From a virus: a DNA stretch of 36,382 nt. This document shows, piece by piece, positions 1 to 9,456 of the stretch. Below the pieces are notes generated by a model. That model was not told where the DNA came from. It made no database searches and saw only the letters and a program-made list of their open reading frames with translations. Position 1 is the stretch's first letter, and each line of letters starts with the position of its first letter. The translations under genes and the position numbers were made by a program. The stretch lies in the UHGV virus genome UHGV-0205584, one strand, 5' to 3'.

Positions 1-402
1 ATGACAAAGAAAGAATTCACAGACTATTTATTTAAAATAATGTACGAATTAGGGTATAGAAAAGCCGAAGTTATAAAAGAGGGAGTATTCTTTTACAAAG
101 ACAATACTCTTATGAGTACATGGACGCCGAGAGTGCCGACAGAATGCACATGTTTCGCTGATAAATCGCAATGTATTGATATTAGTGAGTATCTCGGTAT
201 TGTTGATTGGAGCAAGGTTCCAGTTGATACGCCTATTAAAATAAAGAAAGTTGACGGCGTCGTTGTAAATAGACATTTCGCAGCCTTTAAAAATTGCAAC
301 GTGTATTATTACACAAACGGCCGCACGAGCTGGAGCGATATAGGCATAAAAAGTGCATTACCTAAAAATGTAAGGTTAGCAGGTGGCGACGATGAAAACT
401 GA
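1..402 (+). CDS. Phage hypothetical protein (early/middle region)
   Basis: 133-aa ORF containing VDWSKVPVDTPI, a motif common in Firmicute phage hypotheticals; its SD (GAGGTG) is at the far end of the window if the sequence is circular. Confidence 0.75.
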   Translation: MTKKEFTDYLFKIMYELGYRKAEVIKEGVFFYKDNTLMSTWTPRVPTECTCFADKSQCIDISEYLGIVDWSKVPVDTPIKIKKVDGVVVNRHFAAFKNCNVYYYTNGRTSWSDIGIKSALPKNVRLAGGDDEN

Positions 403-796
403 TACTTATATCGTTACTCTCGAAAGTGGTAATTATGAATGGACCAAAGACAAAGAAATTAAAGGCATAGCGGCCGCTAAGTGCATAGGCGTACAAAAGG
501 CAAAAGAGCAAAATAAAGACATGTTCTATTTGGTTGAATGCACGCAGTGGTGGCCTAGTGCATATAGTTGGGCTGGCGAGTTAGTCAATGTGCTTAAAGA
601 TGAGTGCGAAATTTTAGTAGATGATGATGAGGCGATGAGAGACGTATCTGATAGCGAAATCGCTGAACTACGTCAAGGCGTTGAGAAACTCGTTAAGCAG
701 TGGTTAATAAGAAACAAGCGTATTCCAAAAGGTGCATATTTCGGCAACGAAACGGCCTATAAGATAGTCAACGGAAAGGCGGTAAGAATTGGATAA
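392..796 (+). CDS. Phage hypothetical protein
   Basis: ORF track 383..796; ATG 392 chosen because AGGTGG at 381-386 is well spaced; overlaps upstream stop. Confidence 0.7.
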   Translation: MKTDTYIVTLESGNYEWTKDKEIKGIAAAKCIGVQKAKEQNKDMFYLVECTQWWPSAYSWAGELVNVLKDECEILVDDDEAMRDVSDSEIAELRQGVEKLVKQWLIRNKRIPKGAYFGNETAYKIVNGKAVRIG

Positions 797-929
797 AGAG
801 GACTTTAACAAGATAATTCGCGCAGTATCCAATATTGCCATGCTGATTTTAGGCGTAACGTTTTGTACAACTCTTATTATGGTGGTTATATTCGTGATAG
901 CAGTACTTTCGCAATTGGCAAAGGGGTAG
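789..929 (+). CDS. Small membrane protein (46 aa)
   Basis: TTG start after AAGGCGG; MDKEDFNKIIRAVSNIAMLILGVTFCTTLIMVVIFVIAVLSQLAKG; fills the gap; one hydrophobic segment. Confidence 0.55.
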   Translation: MDKEDFNKIIRAVSNIAMLILGVTFCTTLIMVVIFVIAVLSQLAKG

Positions 930-932
930 TAT

Positions 933-1475
933 ATGGAACATCAAAGGACTTTCACAGAGTTGGAAGTAGAGCAAATCGTCAAAATAGCTGCAGAAACAGC
1001 AGCACAAACGGCGATTTCTGAATTTAACAGGCGCAATGAGGATATGCTTGCAAAGAAAAACGAGCGGGCCTATAAAAACACTACAACGCTACTCGAGGGC
1101 TACACGGCTATGAAAGCGCATTGTAAAAGTGCTATTGCTAAAAGCGAAGATACATTGACGCCGAGCGACTTGCAAACAGTATTGTATGAAGTGTTTAACC
1201 GCCGCGGGCTGCTGCAAATAGAGGCGATTCTTGCCAGTAAGCGGCGTACTGAGTTGATTATCGAACACATTGATAGAATGCTAGTATCGTATAAAGAATA
1301 TTGTACGAATAACGGCAAACATTATTGTGAGTGCGTAATTGACCGATATATTAACGATATGACTATCGGAGAGATAGCTGAGAAACATAACACAGTAGAA
1401 CGAAACATATACAGGTGGCTAGAAAAAGGGATAGATGACCTTTCGATATATTTGTTTGGAGCTTATGCGTTGTAA
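933..1475 (+). CDS. Late-gene transcriptional activator (ArpU/RinA-like, C-terminal sigma4-type HTH)
   Basis: C-terminal RYINDMTIGEIAEKHNTVERNIYRWLEKGI HTH; lies directly upstream of the terS promoter. Confidence 0.75.
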   Translation: MEHQRTFTELEVEQIVKIAAETAAQTAISEFNRRNEDMLAKKNERAYKNTTTLLEGYTAMKAHCKSAIAKSEDTLTPSDLQTVLYEVFNRRGLLQIEAILASKRRTELIIEHIDRMLVSYKEYCTNNGKHYCECVIDRYINDMTIGEIAEKHNTVERNIYRWLEKGIDDLSIYLFGAYAL

Positions 1476-1524
1476 AAGTTGTCAAAAAGTTGTCATATTC
1501 AGTGCAATATAGCAATGGTATAAT
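1474..1524 (+). promoter_or_regulatory. Late promoter: tandem 11-bp repeats AAAAGTTGTCA x2 plus extended -10 TGgTATAAT
   Basis: Perfect repeats at 1474-1484 and 1485-1495; TG 1516-17, TATAAT 1519-1524; weak -35, as expected for an activator-dependent promoter. Confidence 0.7.
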
Positions 1525-1599
1525 GTTAGTGGTGAATGGTGTTGTAAAAGATTTTACGATTCGTTTATCCTCCTTTCATAGTACTTATAACGCATAACG

Positions 1600-1650
1600 G
1601 CAGAAAGCACCTCGCACGAGTAACAGGAAACTCGGCGGGGTGCTTTTGCT
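1600..1650 (+). terminator. Long hairpin (terminator/attenuator-like) in the late leader
   Basis: GCAGAAAGCACCTCGC-A-CGAGT pairs with ACTCG-GCGGGGTGCTTTTGC. Confidence 0.6.
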
Positions 1651-1673
1651 ATTCATAGAAACGAGGTGAGACT

Positions 1674-2198
1674 ATGGCGACTAAGACGAAGAAAGCAGAA
1701 CCAAAGAAAAGGCGTAGAGTAGGGCGTACGCCTAAATATGAGCAATGGCTTGAGCCAGATAATTTGATTAAGCTAGAGGGTTGGGCGCGTAATGGCCTCA
1801 CCGATGAACAAATAGCCAACAATATCGGCATTAATCGAACTACTTTATACGCATGGAAAGCAAAATATACCGACTTTTCAAACGCATTAAAAAGAGGTAA
1901 GGAAGTTATCGACATCATGGTTGAGAACGCCTTGCTTAAAAGTGCTATGGGATACAAATATGATGAAGTGGTGAAAGAGCGGATATATAACCCAGAGACA
2001 GGCGAGAGCGAAATTGTAGAGGTGAAACGCACTACTAAGGACGTGGCACCTAACTCGACCTCTTTAATATTCTGGCTTAAAAATCGACGTCCCGCAGATT
2101 GGCGAGACACTAAGAACATAGACGCAGCCGTTGAGGTTAAAAATCCATTTGACGGAATTGATACGGCTGATATTAAAAAACTCATAGGCGATGACTAA
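1674..2198 (+). CDS. terS: Terminase small subunit (HTH type)
   Basis: WARNGLTDEQIANNIGI HTH and IFWLKNRRP.DWRD motif; SD GAGGTG; upstream of terL. Confidence 0.85.
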   Translation: MATKTKKAEPKKRRRVGRTPKYEQWLEPDNLIKLEGWARNGLTDEQIANNIGINRTTLYAWKAKYTDFSNALKRGKEVIDIMVENALLKSAMGYKYDEVVKERIYNPETGESEIVEVKRTTKDVAPNSTSLIFWLKNRRPADWRDTKNIDAAVEVKNPFDGIDTADIKKLIGDD

Positions 2199-2231
2199 AC
2201 TCGATATACACACATGAAAGGTGGTGAGGAT

Positions 2232-3671
2232 ATGCAAATTCGAGATAAGAAAGAAACAATCATAGAACTAGCTAAAAGGGAACTCGCACGGCGCGAGTTT
2301 TTTTATTATTGTCAGTTAAAAACGGGTAATTTTTACAAAAAAAGCAGAAAATACCTAGTCAATCTATGCAATGAGTTAGAGCATTTTATCAAGAATGATG
2401 AATATAACGTTCTTATCATGAATTTGCCTCCGTAGCCTCGACATGGTAAGAGTTTAACGGCGCAGCACCTTACGCAGTGGTGGCTAGGGAATAACCCAGC
2501 CGCCAAGATAATGACTGGTTCGTATAATGAGACATTATCTAAAATGTTTAGTAAATCGGTAAGAAACGCAATTCAAGAGAATAAGGCCGATGATGATATT
2601 ATCGTATTTAGCGATGTATTCCCTAGTGTTCATGTAGCAGTAGGCGACGCACAGGCTCATCTATGGAGCCTAGAGGGGTATACGAATTCATATCTAGCTA
2701 CATCGCCAACAGGTACAGCGACAGGGTTCGGCTGTTCCTTGATGATTATTGACGATATTATTAAAAACAGCGAAGAGGCCTATAATGCCAGCGTGAAAGA
2801 AAAGCACTGGGAATGGTTTACCAATACCATGCTTTCACGTCTCGAAGAGGGCGGCAAGATTATAATTATCATGACGCGCTGGGCGAGTGATGACCTAGCA
2901 GGCCGAGCTATTGAACATTTTAAAGATGACCCGTTATTTAAGGCAAAAGTCATTACAATGAAAGCCTTACAAGATGACGGCTCAATGCTATGCGAAGAGG
3001 TGCTATCTAAGGCCTCGTATATGTCAAAGGTTCGCGCTATGGGCGAAGATATAGCTAGCGCCAACTATCAGCAAGTACCGATTGACCTCAAAGGGTGCTT
3101 GTACACAAATATCCTCACATATGACACATTGCCAAGAGACGCAAAAGGCAATGTGTTATTTTCTTGTATCAAGAACTATACAGATACAGCCGATACTGGC
3201 AGCGACTATCTAGCAAGTTTTACTTACGGAGTATATGAGGGAGAGGCGTATATCCTTGATGTAGTTTATACAAAGGACGCTATGGAAACCACAGAGCCAG
3301 AGGTGGCGGATATGCTGCATAGAAACGGCGTGAATGTGGCGGATATAGAAAGTAATAACGGCGGCCGAGGGTTTGGCCGTAACGTTCAAAGTATACTCAA
3401 ACAGAAATACAATTCTAATAAGTGCGTGATTAATATGTTTCATCAAAGCGGCAACAAAATAGCCCGCATTCAATCCAATGCTACATGGGTTATGAACCAT
3501 GTATATATGCCTAAGAATTGGCGCGATAGGTGGCCTCAGTTGGCTGCTGACATTACGAGATACCAACGGGAGGGCAAGAACGCACACGATGACGCGCCCG
3601 ACGCACTCACAGGGATAGCAGAGAAGATAAACGCGCCACAGGTTAGAAGTGGCCGCATTAACATATATTAG
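2232..3671 (+). CDS. terL: Terminase large subunit, interrupted by one in-frame TAG (2433-2435) in Walker A
   Basis: ORFs 2214..2435 and 2511..3671 are in the same frame: NLPP*PRHGKS...MTGSYNE; Walker B LMIIDD; C-terminal nuclease HDDAPDA; SD AAGGTGGTG before ATG 2232. Confidence 0.9.
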
Positions 3672-3683
3672 AAAGGGGAATAC

Positions 3684-5096
3684 ATGGCAATTATTTATTC
3701 TAATCCTCGAACAGATGAATACGAGATACTGCATGACGCCTATTATGGTAGCGGTATGTTCGCCAGCGGTGCGGCAATCACACCGCACAGACGCGAGGGT
3801 ACCGATTCGATTAAATTTAGGCGTCAAATTGCATATTATCTAAACTATACAGGGCCTATACTCAACGCGAGCGTAGACCCTATTTTTAAAGATGAAATTA
3901 AGCGAGAATATAGCAAATCTGTATTATTTGATGAATTCATTAACGATGTAGACCGAGAGGGTACTACATTACAGGAATTCACTCGTCAAAATGCAACGCT
4001 TGCGAAACTCTACGGCGTGATGTACATCGTAGTTGATAATGTAACAGAATTCGGCAACTCGCTGGCGGATACGTTGGCCAATCGTTCTATGCCTTATTTG
4101 ACGGCGGTAGAACCCAAGAATGTAATGAATTTCACATTCGATGATAATGGCCGATTATCTGTATTTACCTATGCGACATACTTGGCAAATGCGGACGGCA
4201 CAGTCAAAACGCATTACCATACTTGGACGCCTACCTCATGGAGTATCAAAGACGGCGACGGCAAGACGATTGGAGAGGGTGAGCATAACATCGGACGCAT
4301 TCCTATTGTGCAGTGGTTTGGCCGTGCTGCTCGTAAGCGGGATATATTACCACCGCCCGAGTATTTGAGTATCGCCAAAACGAATGCACATGTTTATAAT
4401 CTATGCTCATTATTGTCTCAAATCCTTTACAATCAAACATTCTCAATCTTGACTATGCCAGTAGATAGTAACGGCCTTTCTGATATAACGATTGGCACGG
4501 ATAACTTACTCGCATATCCTCATGATTCAGCAAGGGCGCCCGACTTTATCGCACCAGATAAGGGGCCAGCTGAGGTGCTTATGGCTCAAATTGATAAGCT
4601 AATCAATGAAATGTACCGCATGAGTGGTATTGATAGCGTTATCGGCGTGCAGCAAGCAAAAAGCGGCGTTGCTAAACAATGGGACTTTGAGCGCACTAAT
4701 CAGCGACTTTCTGATTTTGCTGTACAGTGCGAAAACGCAGAATATGATATTATTGCACTCTATAAATTGTGGAGCGGTGATAATATTGAGTATTCGTGCG
4801 AATACCCTCGAGATTTCAAAGTCAACGATGTAACGGAAAGCCTAACACAGGCGCAACAGGCGAAAGACCTAGAATTTAATTCTGATACATTCGACAGCGA
4901 AATCTTGAAAAAAGTGATTGACGCTTACATGCCTAACCTTGATAAGGAAGTTAAAGACGTGATTATTAATGAGGCACAGCAAGCAGCAGATGAGGCACGT
5001 CAAAATAAAGCGTTTGATGAGTTAGACAGCGGCGCACCGCATGGCGATAATGAGGGCGTAGACGATGAAGAAAACAGCGACGGCGAAAACGATTGA
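3684..5096 (+). CDS. Portal protein
   Basis: 470 aa following terL; SPP1-like size, SGVAKQWDF motif, acidic C-terminus. Confidence 0.85.
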   Translation: MAIIYSNPRTDEYEILHDAYYGSGMFASGAAITPHRREGTDSIKFRRQIAYYLNYTGPILNASVDPIFKDEIKREYSKSVLFDEFINDVDREGTTLQEFTRQNATLAKLYGVMYIVVDNVTEFGNSLADTLANRSMPYLTAVEPKNVMNFTFDDNGRLSVFTYATYLANADGTVKTHYHTWTPTSWSIKDGDGKTIGEGEHNIGRIPIVQWFGRAARKRDILPPPEYLSIAKTNAHVYNLCSLLSQILYNQTFSILTMPVDSNGLSDITIGTDNLLAYPHDSARAPDFIAPDKGPAEVLMAQIDKLINEMYRMSGIDSVIGVQQAKSGVAKQWDFERTNQRLSDFAVQCENAEYDIIALYKLWSGDNIEYSCEYPRDFKVNDVTESLTQAQQAKDLEFNSDTFDSEILKKVIDAYMPNLDKEVKDVIINEAQQAADEARQNKAFDELDSGAPHGDNEGVDDEENSDGEND

Positions 5097-6207
5097 CGAG
5101 GCACTCGAACAATTTGAACGCATGATAAAGGAACTTATAGACCTCGGCTATTCGCCTGATATGGCGGTTAGAGTGGCCTATAAGTCTTATCCTATTATGA
5201 AATTGCTAGAGGCACCTCTTACGGCTGATATGGTGCAGAATTTCAATGCCGCATATCATGGTGTGCTGGTTGCCAATCGTGTAGCGGGCCATATGCCTTT
5301 TAATTATTCTACGCAGTCAATTAGTGAGGCTATGCAAGAGGCTTGGACGAGCGACGGCCTAACCCTATCAATGCGGCTACACAATAACACGGCTAAGATA
5401 CAACGCGATACGGCGGAAGTGATTCGGCAATCGCTGAAACGTGGTAAGAGTATCAAACAAATGGCTAGAGCCATATTTGAGGGCTACGGAAACGGCGGCA
5501 CAATCCAAACGGATAAGCTACCGAAATATATCGAAATGGTTAGACGGCTAAAATGGCCTAACTATTTGAATGATGATGAAGTAGCGGAATTCAAGCATGT
5601 GCTACGCCAAACAGAAAGGCAGGTTCGGCAGAATACAACGCCGAGCCTACGCGCTGCATATACTGGATTGATAAAAGCCGTTGACGAGGCGAGTGCGATT
5701 GACTTATCAAAATCTGTAAACGTGGCAGTGCAAGAGAAAGCGCGATACAACGCCGAACGGATAGCACGCACAGAGGCGGCAAGAGCCTACGCAGACGGGC
5801 AAATGCTACGTTATAAGAATGATGATGATGTAGTGGCCTTGAAGTGGCAGTTAAACAGCCGCCACCCTGTATGCGATATATGCGACGTGTATGCAAATGC
5901 TGATTTCTACGGGCTAGGCAAAGGGATATATCCAAAGGATAAATTCCCAACGCTACCCGCTCACCCTCATTGCTTATGCAAAATCGCCCCTGTATATGAT
6001 TTCGAGGTTGATATACATAGCACAAAGGAAAATATCGAAGAGGGCGGCAAGCGATACATCAATTTGCTATCTAAAGCCAATCAAGAGCGCATTCTTGGCG
6101 TTCAAGGGCGGAAAGATGTGCGAAAAGGTAAAATATCGTGGCAAGAACAGGCAAGGAACTGGAATAATCAGCCGTTCGAGGTTCGAGAGCCAAAGAAAAC
6201 AGAATAA
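5065..6207 (+). CDS. Minor head protein (Mu gpF/SPP1 gp7-like)
   Basis: AERIARTE..RAY, CDIC and PAHPHCLC motifs; follows portal. Confidence 0.85.
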   Translation: MKKTATAKTIDEALEQFERMIKELIDLGYSPDMAVRVAYKSYPIMKLLEAPLTADMVQNFNAAYHGVLVANRVAGHMPFNYSTQSISEAMQEAWTSDGLTLSMRLHNNTAKIQRDTAEVIRQSLKRGKSIKQMARAIFEGYGNGGTIQTDKLPKYIEMVRRLKWPNYLNDDEVAEFKHVLRQTERQVRQNTTPSLRAAYTGLIKAVDEASAIDLSKSVNVAVQEKARYNAERIARTEAARAYADGQMLRYKNDDDVVALKWQLNSRHPVCDICDVYANADFYGLGKGIYPKDKFPTLPAHPHCLCKIAPVYDFEVDIHSTKENIEEGGKRYINLLSKANQERILGVQGRKDVRKGKISWQEQARNWNNQPFEVREPKKTE

Positions 6208-6219
6208 CGTTAGATTTAC

Positions 6220-6250
6220 AGGCCTATGAGAGCGAACTCATAGGCCTTTT
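6220..6250 (+). terminator. Intrinsic terminator-like hairpin
   Basis: AGGCCTATGAG-agcgaa-CTCATAGGCCT perfect 11-bp stem followed by TTT. Confidence 0.7.
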
Positions 6251-6313
6251 ATATTGCCACTCAGTAGCAAGCGGCGAAAGGTGGCGCATTCATGTTGAAA
6301 AGGAGAACGATAC

Positions 6314-6934
6314 ATGACTTTAGCAGAATTGTACGCAAAATTGGAAGAAATCGAGGGTGGTAAAGACCTAATTGCAGGATTTAAAGCCGAGATTTCCAAA
6401 ATCAATGACGGGGCGAAAACGGAACGCCTAAAACTTGAAAGCAAAATTACCGAATTAACCACGGCGCGCGACGAGTTGAAAGGTAAAGTTGACGAGTACG
6501 AGGCGAATAAAGGCCAAAAAACGCCCGAAATCATTGCGCTTGAAAAGCAAGTTAAAGGCCTTACAGACAAATATGAGGCAGCAGAAAAGGCTCGACAAGA
6601 TGAAATTCAAAAGCGTACAGATTCAGAAATTAGCGCCCAAACAATTGCGGCACTAACAAAGGCAAATTGTACAGACGCCCAAACATTCAGCAAGCTAGTC
6701 GCTGGACAAATTAGCGTGCAAGATGACGGCTCATATGGCTGGAAGAAAGAGGACGGCACTATTGGCACTATCGAAGAGTGTGCGACGGCGTTCCTTGCTG
6801 ACAAGCCGTATGCGGTTAAAACGGCACAAAATGGCGGCAGTGGTGCAGGTGCTGGCAATGCAACAGGCGGAAACGCACAACTTGCCGAAATGTTCAAAAT
6901 CGCTGGCATTAAACCGCCAAGCGAAAATAATTAA
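6314..6934 (+). CDS. Capsid scaffolding protein
   Basis: Coiled-coil N-half, KPY + Gly-rich C-terminus, directly before the capsid gene; SD AAGGAG. Confidence 0.8.
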   Translation: MTLAELYAKLEEIEGGKDLIAGFKAEISKINDGAKTERLKLESKITELTTARDELKGKVDEYEANKGQKTPEIIALEKQVKGLTDKYEAAEKARQDEIQKRTDSEISAQTIAALTKANCTDAQTFSKLVAGQISVQDDGSYGWKKEDGTIGTIEECATAFLADKPYAVKTAQNGGSGAGAGNATGGNAQLAEMFKIAGIKPPSENN

Positions 6935-6959
6935 TTTACTCATAGAAAAGAGGTAAAAC

Positions 6960-7880
6960 ATGGCAATTAACACTTTACAAATGGCTCAGAACTTTCAAAC
7001 ATTGCTAGACCAACAAATGGTAGTAGGTGCTACATCTGGATTTATGGAAGTCAACGCTGGCGAAGTTAAATATAACGGCGGCGATACTGTTAAAATTCCT
7101 ACATTATCCGTTGACGGCTTAGCAAATTATGACCGCGATAATGGTTATAATCGTGGCGGCGTATCCTTGAAATATCAAGATTTCAAATTGACGCAAGACC
7201 GCGGCCGTAAATTCTTGCTTGATTCCATGGACGTTGATGAATCTAACTTCCTAGCAACAGGTACCAACGTTATGACAGCGTTCCAAAAAGAACAAGTAAT
7301 TCCAGAAATTGATGCTTATCGTTATTCCAAGGTGGCAGCATATGCTACACAAGAAAGCCGTAAAACAGACGCATTCACGCCAGATGATACAAACATCATC
7401 AAACAATTAAACAAGGAAATCATGGAAATCGAGGACCTAATCGGTGAAACTGGTGACCTTGTAATTGTAATGAGTGCGCGCGTTCAAGGCATTTTGAACG
7501 AGGCTGCAGGCGCTAAAGGCTTGCTCGATGTAGCTAACTTTACACACGGCGCATATAACACTCGTGTTCGCACTTACAACGAAATTCCTATTATTGGCGT
7601 TCCTAGCGCTCGTATGAAATCTCAATATGTTTTCAACGACGGCACAACTAGCGGACAAGAAAAAGGCGGATTTAAAGCCGACACAGGCGCGAAAGCTATC
7701 AACTGGCTAATTATGAGCCGTGCGGCAGCGATTGCTGTATCCAAAACCGACCAAATGCGTATTTTCGACCCTAACACTACACAGCAGGCAAATGCTTGGT
7801 CTATCGATTATCGTAAATTCCACGATGTATGGGTTCCAAAAAATCGCTTGGCTAGTGTATGGGCTAACTTTGGCGCTTAA
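6960..7880 (+). CDS. Major capsid protein
   Basis: 306 aa; GGDTVKIP, QDRGRKF.LD.MDVDE, IPEIDAYRYS, YRKFHDVWV motifs. Confidence 0.9.
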   Translation: MAINTLQMAQNFQTLLDQQMVVGATSGFMEVNAGEVKYNGGDTVKIPTLSVDGLANYDRDNGYNRGGVSLKYQDFKLTQDRGRKFLLDSMDVDESNFLATGTNVMTAFQKEQVIPEIDAYRYSKVAAYATQESRKTDAFTPDDTNIIKQLNKEIMEIEDLIGETGDLVIVMSARVQGILNEAAGAKGLLDVANFTHGAYNTRVRTYNEIPIIGVPSARMKSQYVFNDGTTSGQEKGGFKADTGAKAINWLIMSRAAAIAVSKTDQMRIFDPNTTQQANAWSIDYRKFHDVWVPKNRLASVWANFGA

Positions 7881-7899
7881 TTAATAACGGGGGTACATT

Positions 7900-8112
7900 A
7901 TGGAGAAATACAGACTTGTAAGAATGAACGTAGTCAAATATACAGATGACGAATTCGTTCTTGAACAATTGCTTGATGAGGGCTTTATTTTAGAGCCTGC
8001 ATTTGAGCCAGACAAAGAGCCAACAGACGGCACGGACGGAGTAGGCGATAAAGAGCCAGACGGAGAGCCAACAGACGGCACGAAAAAGTCTACAAAATCC
8101 AGTAAGAAATAA
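7900..8112 (+). CDS. Small acidic virion-associated protein
   Basis: 70 aa after capsid gene; low-complexity C-terminus. Confidence 0.7.
   Translation: MEKYRLVRMNVVKYTDDEFVLEQLLDEGFILEPAFEPDKEPTDGTDGVGDKEPDGEPTDGTKKSTKSSKK
8005..8082 (+). repeat. Intragenic 30-bp direct repeat (28/30 identity, period 48)
   Basis: GAGCCAGAC(AA/GG)AGAGCCAACAGACGGCACG at 8005-8034 and 8053-8082. Confidence 0.85.
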
Positions 8113-8114
8113 TC

Positions 8115-8582
8115 ATGAATGCGCGTGAAATCTTCGAGAGGAGATTAAGGCAAGCGGTAAAGGCTAGTGCTAGAGAGGTACAAACGGCGGCGCAGAACAA
8201 CCATAAATTCACATCACGCACGGGGCAACTCGAGAGGGCTATTGATGTGCGCATGATTGGCGATAAGACAGCAGAGGTATATATCGATAATCAAGCCTCA
8301 TATTATGGCCCGTTCGTGCATGAGGGAACTCAGCCGCATGACATATTTCCAAAACAGAAAAAGGCCTTGCGTTGGGTTCCTGTAGGTGGTAATGGGTTTG
8401 TGTTCGCTAAACGAGTACATCATAGAGGCACAAAGGCCGACCCGTTCTTATATGAGGCACTAGACCATAGCCGCGACGAAATTCGTGATATATTCTCGAA
8501 AGCGGTTGATGTATCTCTTAATGATGTGGCTCGAGATATTGAGTTAAACGCTAACCGCACGCATTTAGAAATCAAATTGTAA
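8115..8582 (+). CDS. Tail completion/neck protein (HK97 gp10-like)
   Basis: RTGQLERAI, YGPFVHEGT, HHRGTKADPFLYEAL motifs. Confidence 0.75.
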   Translation: MNAREIFERRLRQAVKASAREVQTAAQNNHKFTSRTGQLERAIDVRMIGDKTAEVYIDNQASYYGPFVHEGTQPHDIFPKQKKALRWVPVGGNGFVFAKRVHHRGTKADPFLYEALDHSRDEIRDIFSKAVDVSLNDVARDIELNANRTHLEIKL

Positions 8583-8594
8583 GGGGTTTGATAT

Positions 8595-8978
8595 ATGCTA
8601 TACGAATTTCAAAATATGACGTTCGACGATGAGCTACTAGGCCCTAACGTGCTTGAAACAACGCTGACAAAAGCCGAGCAATGGCTGTATGTACTGGCTA
8701 AACGGCTAGGTGTACAAGAGAGCGATGTAATTCGCTCTTTCGTTGCTGATGAACTTGTAACGCTGTACTGCTATCGAGAGACATGCATGAATAAGGCAGC
8801 CTCATTGGTAGGGCAGTATAGCCGCAACGGCCAAGACGATGATTATTATTCTAAGAAATTGACATATATCAATGCTAGAATAGCGGTTTTAGAAAACCAA
8901 ATCACGGCGGAGCAACTAACAGGGCAGCCAGCGAAGTATGCGGGATATAGATGTATTCCACTATATCGAGGTGGCTAA
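8595..8978 (+). CDS. Putative head-tail adaptor
   Basis: Size and position in the neck module. Confidence 0.55.
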   Translation: MLYEFQNMTFDDELLGPNVLETTLTKAEQWLYVLAKRLGVQESDVIRSFVADELVTLYCYRETCMNKAASLVGQYSRNGQDDDYYSKKLTYINARIAVLENQITAEQLTGQPAKYAGYRCIPLYRGG

Positions 8979-8979
8979 C

Positions 8980-9456
8980 ATGTGGCTTGAATTACTAGAA
9001 AAAATTAAATACACAATCGAGAAAGCTGGGTTTGACGGAAAAGTCGAACTCGGCTTTTTAAATCCTCAAAATGCGGGCGTCGATACGCTTGGCATGGTAA
9101 TGCTAGGCCGTGGCGAATGTACGCCGATAGACGATAAAGTGCATAACATGCTGAAACAAGAGTTTTATGTTGAGGTATGGACCAAAGAGGATAGCAACGA
9201 ATTCGGTGCAGCCTACTCGCAAATATCGGAACTTGAAAGCAAAATAGAGAAAATCTTGATTGCGTTTCGTGAGGCGTGCGGCGTGCTGAATGAGGAGTAT
9301 TGTGTATTACAAAATAGCGGCTATCAAGTTGTTGATATTCGCTGCACAAATAAAACAGACGACCATGATAGTATGAGGCCGTTTGTCGGCACTCAATACA
9401 GATTTGAGGCTCGTTTGTATGACTTAAACAATGATACTAAAGGGGGTATTTATTAA
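8980..9456 (+). CDS. Putative tail terminator
   Basis: ATG 8980 after GAGGTGG; immediately before major tail protein. Confidence 0.55.
   Translation: MWLELLEKIKYTIEKAGFDGKVELGFLNPQNAGVDTLGMVMLGRGECTPIDDKVHNMLKQEFYVEVWTKEDSNEFGAAYSQISELESKIEKILIAFREACGVLNEEYCVLQNSGYQVVDIRCTNKTDDHDSMRPFVGTQYRFEARLYDLNNDTKGGIY

Noticed and set aside
1649..2185. Minus-strand ORFs opposite structural genes (e.g. 1649..2185, 3210..3827, 10514..11044)
   Set aside because: Shadow frames of well-supported plus-strand genes, with no RBS or motifs
6255..6300. Structured leader before the scaffold gene (TGCCACT/GGTGGCG)
   Set aside because: Only one short stem can be supported; autoregulation is plausible but not evidenced
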